Part shown: positions 61,810-64,000 of the stretch, piece by piece
Position numbering within the stretch: the first letter of the stretch is position 1
Layout: each line of letters begins with the position of its first letter
Source of the DNA: Azolla caroliniana
Taxonomy: Eukaryota; Plantae; Polypodiophyta
Direction of reading: 5' to 3'
Length of the DNA: 64,000 nucleotides
Assembly (NCBI GenBank): GCA_043228905.1
Contig: JBHGNT010000013.1
Coordinates: 6,138,001 to 6,202,000 of the forward strand
Program-made: the position numbers and the translations under genes
The notes under the pieces: model-generated
What the model was told of the DNA's origin: nothing
What the model saw: only the letters and a program-made list of their open reading frames with translations
The model's database searches: none

Positions 61810-64000
61810 TACTTGTAACTCTTCATCTTACTATCCTTAACCATTCTATCATCACCATACAAGCCTTATTAAACTTAAGTTTCTTCAACTCCCCTTAACC
61901 TTAGTCCCCGCGACTTCGCCGCACGAATCACAACTACCCCGACAACGCATAGCTCCATAACCGGTTACATGCCGGCAGAACTCATGACCGGACAAGCACC
62001 GGTAATGCTGACGGAAACCGCGATCGCAACATGGACAGTGCTACCGTGGAAGGAAGAGATGAGCCGGGAAGAACTACTAGCGGTCCGGATACGACAACTA
62101 GAGGGGAGACCGGCAGACATAGCGGAAGCAATACGCCATCAACAAGAAGCAAGATTAAGGAACAAAAGCCGGTTCGACACAAAGCACCGACTACGACCAA
62201 GGAGGATTGAAGAAGGAGACTGGGTGATCGTCTATGACAGTAGTTTGGACCATCAACATACAACGATGCGGAAATTCGCGAAAAGGTGGTTCGGGCCATA
62301 CGAGGTTCAGAAAGTCTTCGACAACGGAACGTACCGACTGTCCGAGTTGGATGGAACAATACTACGAGTGCCTATAGCCGGGAAGCGGGTGAAGTTTTTC
62401 AAGAAGCGGACCGACGATAAACCCTATGTGATCCAAGCCAAGGCCGACAATGAGGAGCAATCGGACGAAGACCACAGTGATGCGGGAAGCGAAGAAAGTG
62501 AATTACAACTCATAGTCGACATAAGGGGAGAATCGGAGGAAGCTTTGGGTGAAGACGGATATGGGGAATCGAGAACTTCGGCATATACCGGAGGATGTGC
62601 GGGTTCGGAGGGGGCGAGTGTCGTAGTGTATTCCACACACTACGTGAAAACCATAAAATAATATATCCGATTTTAGATACATATAAATAAATAAATAATA
62701 TATCAAAAGAATTTATCACGTGCATAGGGCAGGATTCAAACCATGCACCTCCACGTAGATAAACCCTAACTTTACCATTGTAATAACTTATCTTTAGTGT
62801 TATAAATATAGATTTAATACGTATAAGACCTTTATTTACACATACCTTTATTAAAGGGTAAAAATCATGTATTCTTTAGAGTGTGAATATTTTATTTACA
62901 CGTGACATTAAAAGTGACTCATGCACATCTAGCGTGCATGAGCCCTATATTTAGGAAATGACAAAGCATCACATGCACATTTAGTGTGCATGGACACTTT
63001 AGGTGAAAAAGCATGAAGCCATGCTTAGCCTCTTCCATCTTTATATAAGGAGGAGAGAAATATGTATAAGGTTGTTGATTAATATAGAAGAATTGATCAA
63101 TCTAATATATTCGTGGGATTCACGAATTTTGCCATCTAAATTACTCTTATAATCTAAATATTGTTTTAAAATACACTAAACTCATGGGATTCACGAGATT
63201 GCTATCTTACTTCTCTTCCTATTATTCATAACTAGCCTTAAGTTGTATTCCTCTTCCTCCTAGTCCAAAACCTCGGCGGTTCCCACCCGACTCACGCAAC
63301 GATCCAGAGCCGAAAGGCACGACACCGCGATTGTCGCCGTTCCCTTCCGGTCCGGTTCCCTTCGGGCTTTACCGTTCCGGTCCGGTGTCCGCTTTGAATC
63401 GGTACCGTCGGTTTCCTTGTCTTTTCGGATGTGCCGATAGTTCTTCTAGAAGTGTCCCGGCTTGCCGCAATAGAAGCAAGTAGGCCTCCCCCTTGACTTT
63501 GACTGTGTCCCCGACTTTTCCCGGTTTTGGGGACTACGGTTCCTTTGTCTTCCGCGTTCTGATTCGGTAAGGAGCGCTTTGGAGTCGGAGCTCGTGTGCT
63601 TGTCTTTCTGATGCGCCTCCTCATCTAGCAAGCTCGACTTCACTCTTGCTAGGGATAACCGTTTCCCTTTCGGCCCGGCGTTGCCCAAAGTGACAACCAA
63701 CGTCTCCCAGCTATCTAGGAGGGAACCGAGCTGGAGTAGTGCTAGTACCTCATCGGCGAGAGGTATTTCCAATGATGTTGCCTAGTGGATCAGCCCCTGG
63801 AAGGCATTCATGTGCTCTGGCATGCTGGAGCCATCTTGGTACCGGAGACTTACTAGCTTCCGAAATACCGAAACCTAATTAACAACATTTTTGTTCTGAA
63901 ACATAATGCTGATCTTCTCCGAAAGCTCATGAGCCTTGCTCTCTTCATTGAAGTGGGCTCTGAGAAATATATCTACATATATGTCCCTTCATCCGGTGAG

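Larger units (their letters stand above)
54454..61944 (+). mobile_element. Gypsy-W2: young tRNA-Trp-primed Gypsy inserted in the W1 integrase
   Basis: 946-bp LTRs 54454-55399 and 60999-61944, differing by one substitution plus a microsatellite shift; 4-bp TSD ACGC; PPT AGAGGGGGTGGG. Confidence 0.96.
51524..62618 (+). pseudogene. pol: Gypsy-W1 RT-RNase H-INT (51524-54453 plus 61949-62618) with one frameshift, split by W2
   Basis: DLYSGYDQ, LPQGATNS, FLDD, VDTSP, GHRG..CEKC, AYNPEANG; ADRTT|HS rejoins across the ACGC TSD. Confidence 0.9.
48770..63324 (+). mobile_element. Gypsy-W1: tRNA-Trp-primed Gypsy with 4-bp TSD, interrupted by Gypsy-W2
   Basis: 706-bp LTRs 48770-49475 and 62619-63324 (4 differences seen); TSD CCGC confirmed by the empty site in Copia-2; PPT GGAGGGGGCGAG. 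Confidence 0.95.
44261..64000 (-). mobile_element. Copia-4 (relative of Copia-2): 3' LTR 44261-44887; gag-pol pieces 44898-46923, 47617-48769 and 63329-63955; then a deletion junction into a 5' LTR remnant running off the window
   Basis: Collinear with Copia-2; PPT after 44887; 63956-64000 matches LTR sequence near 44686-44730. Confidence 0.9.

Overview
The window is a eukaryotic retrotransposon nest, probably from a non-seed land plant (inference from the Tcn1-type chromoviruses and plant-type tRNA primer sites). No host gene is supportable. It holds five Copia insertions (one with an intact 1338-aa Gag-Pol), two self-priming Tcn1-like chromoviruses, two nested tRNA-Trp-primed Gypsy elements with 4-bp TSDs, two non-chromovirus Gypsy relatives with a large extra 3' ORF, a further degraded Gypsy, a degraded APE-RT LINE and a probable MULE terminus. 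Most LTR ends, PBS, PPT and TSDs can be read base by base. The most unusual signals are: (1) tRNA-type Pol III A/B-box modules, mostly antisense and followed by T-runs, near the 5' end of the LTRs of three different Gypsy families; (2) a conserved G_GAU_UUU plus pseudoknot -1 frameshift signal placed between protease and RT; (3) a self-priming PBS with a compensatory base change between copies; (4) an extra ORF with a conserved acidic C-terminal motif; (5) inverted repeats bracketing the PPT in three Copia families. All calls were made by eye; no database searches were run.
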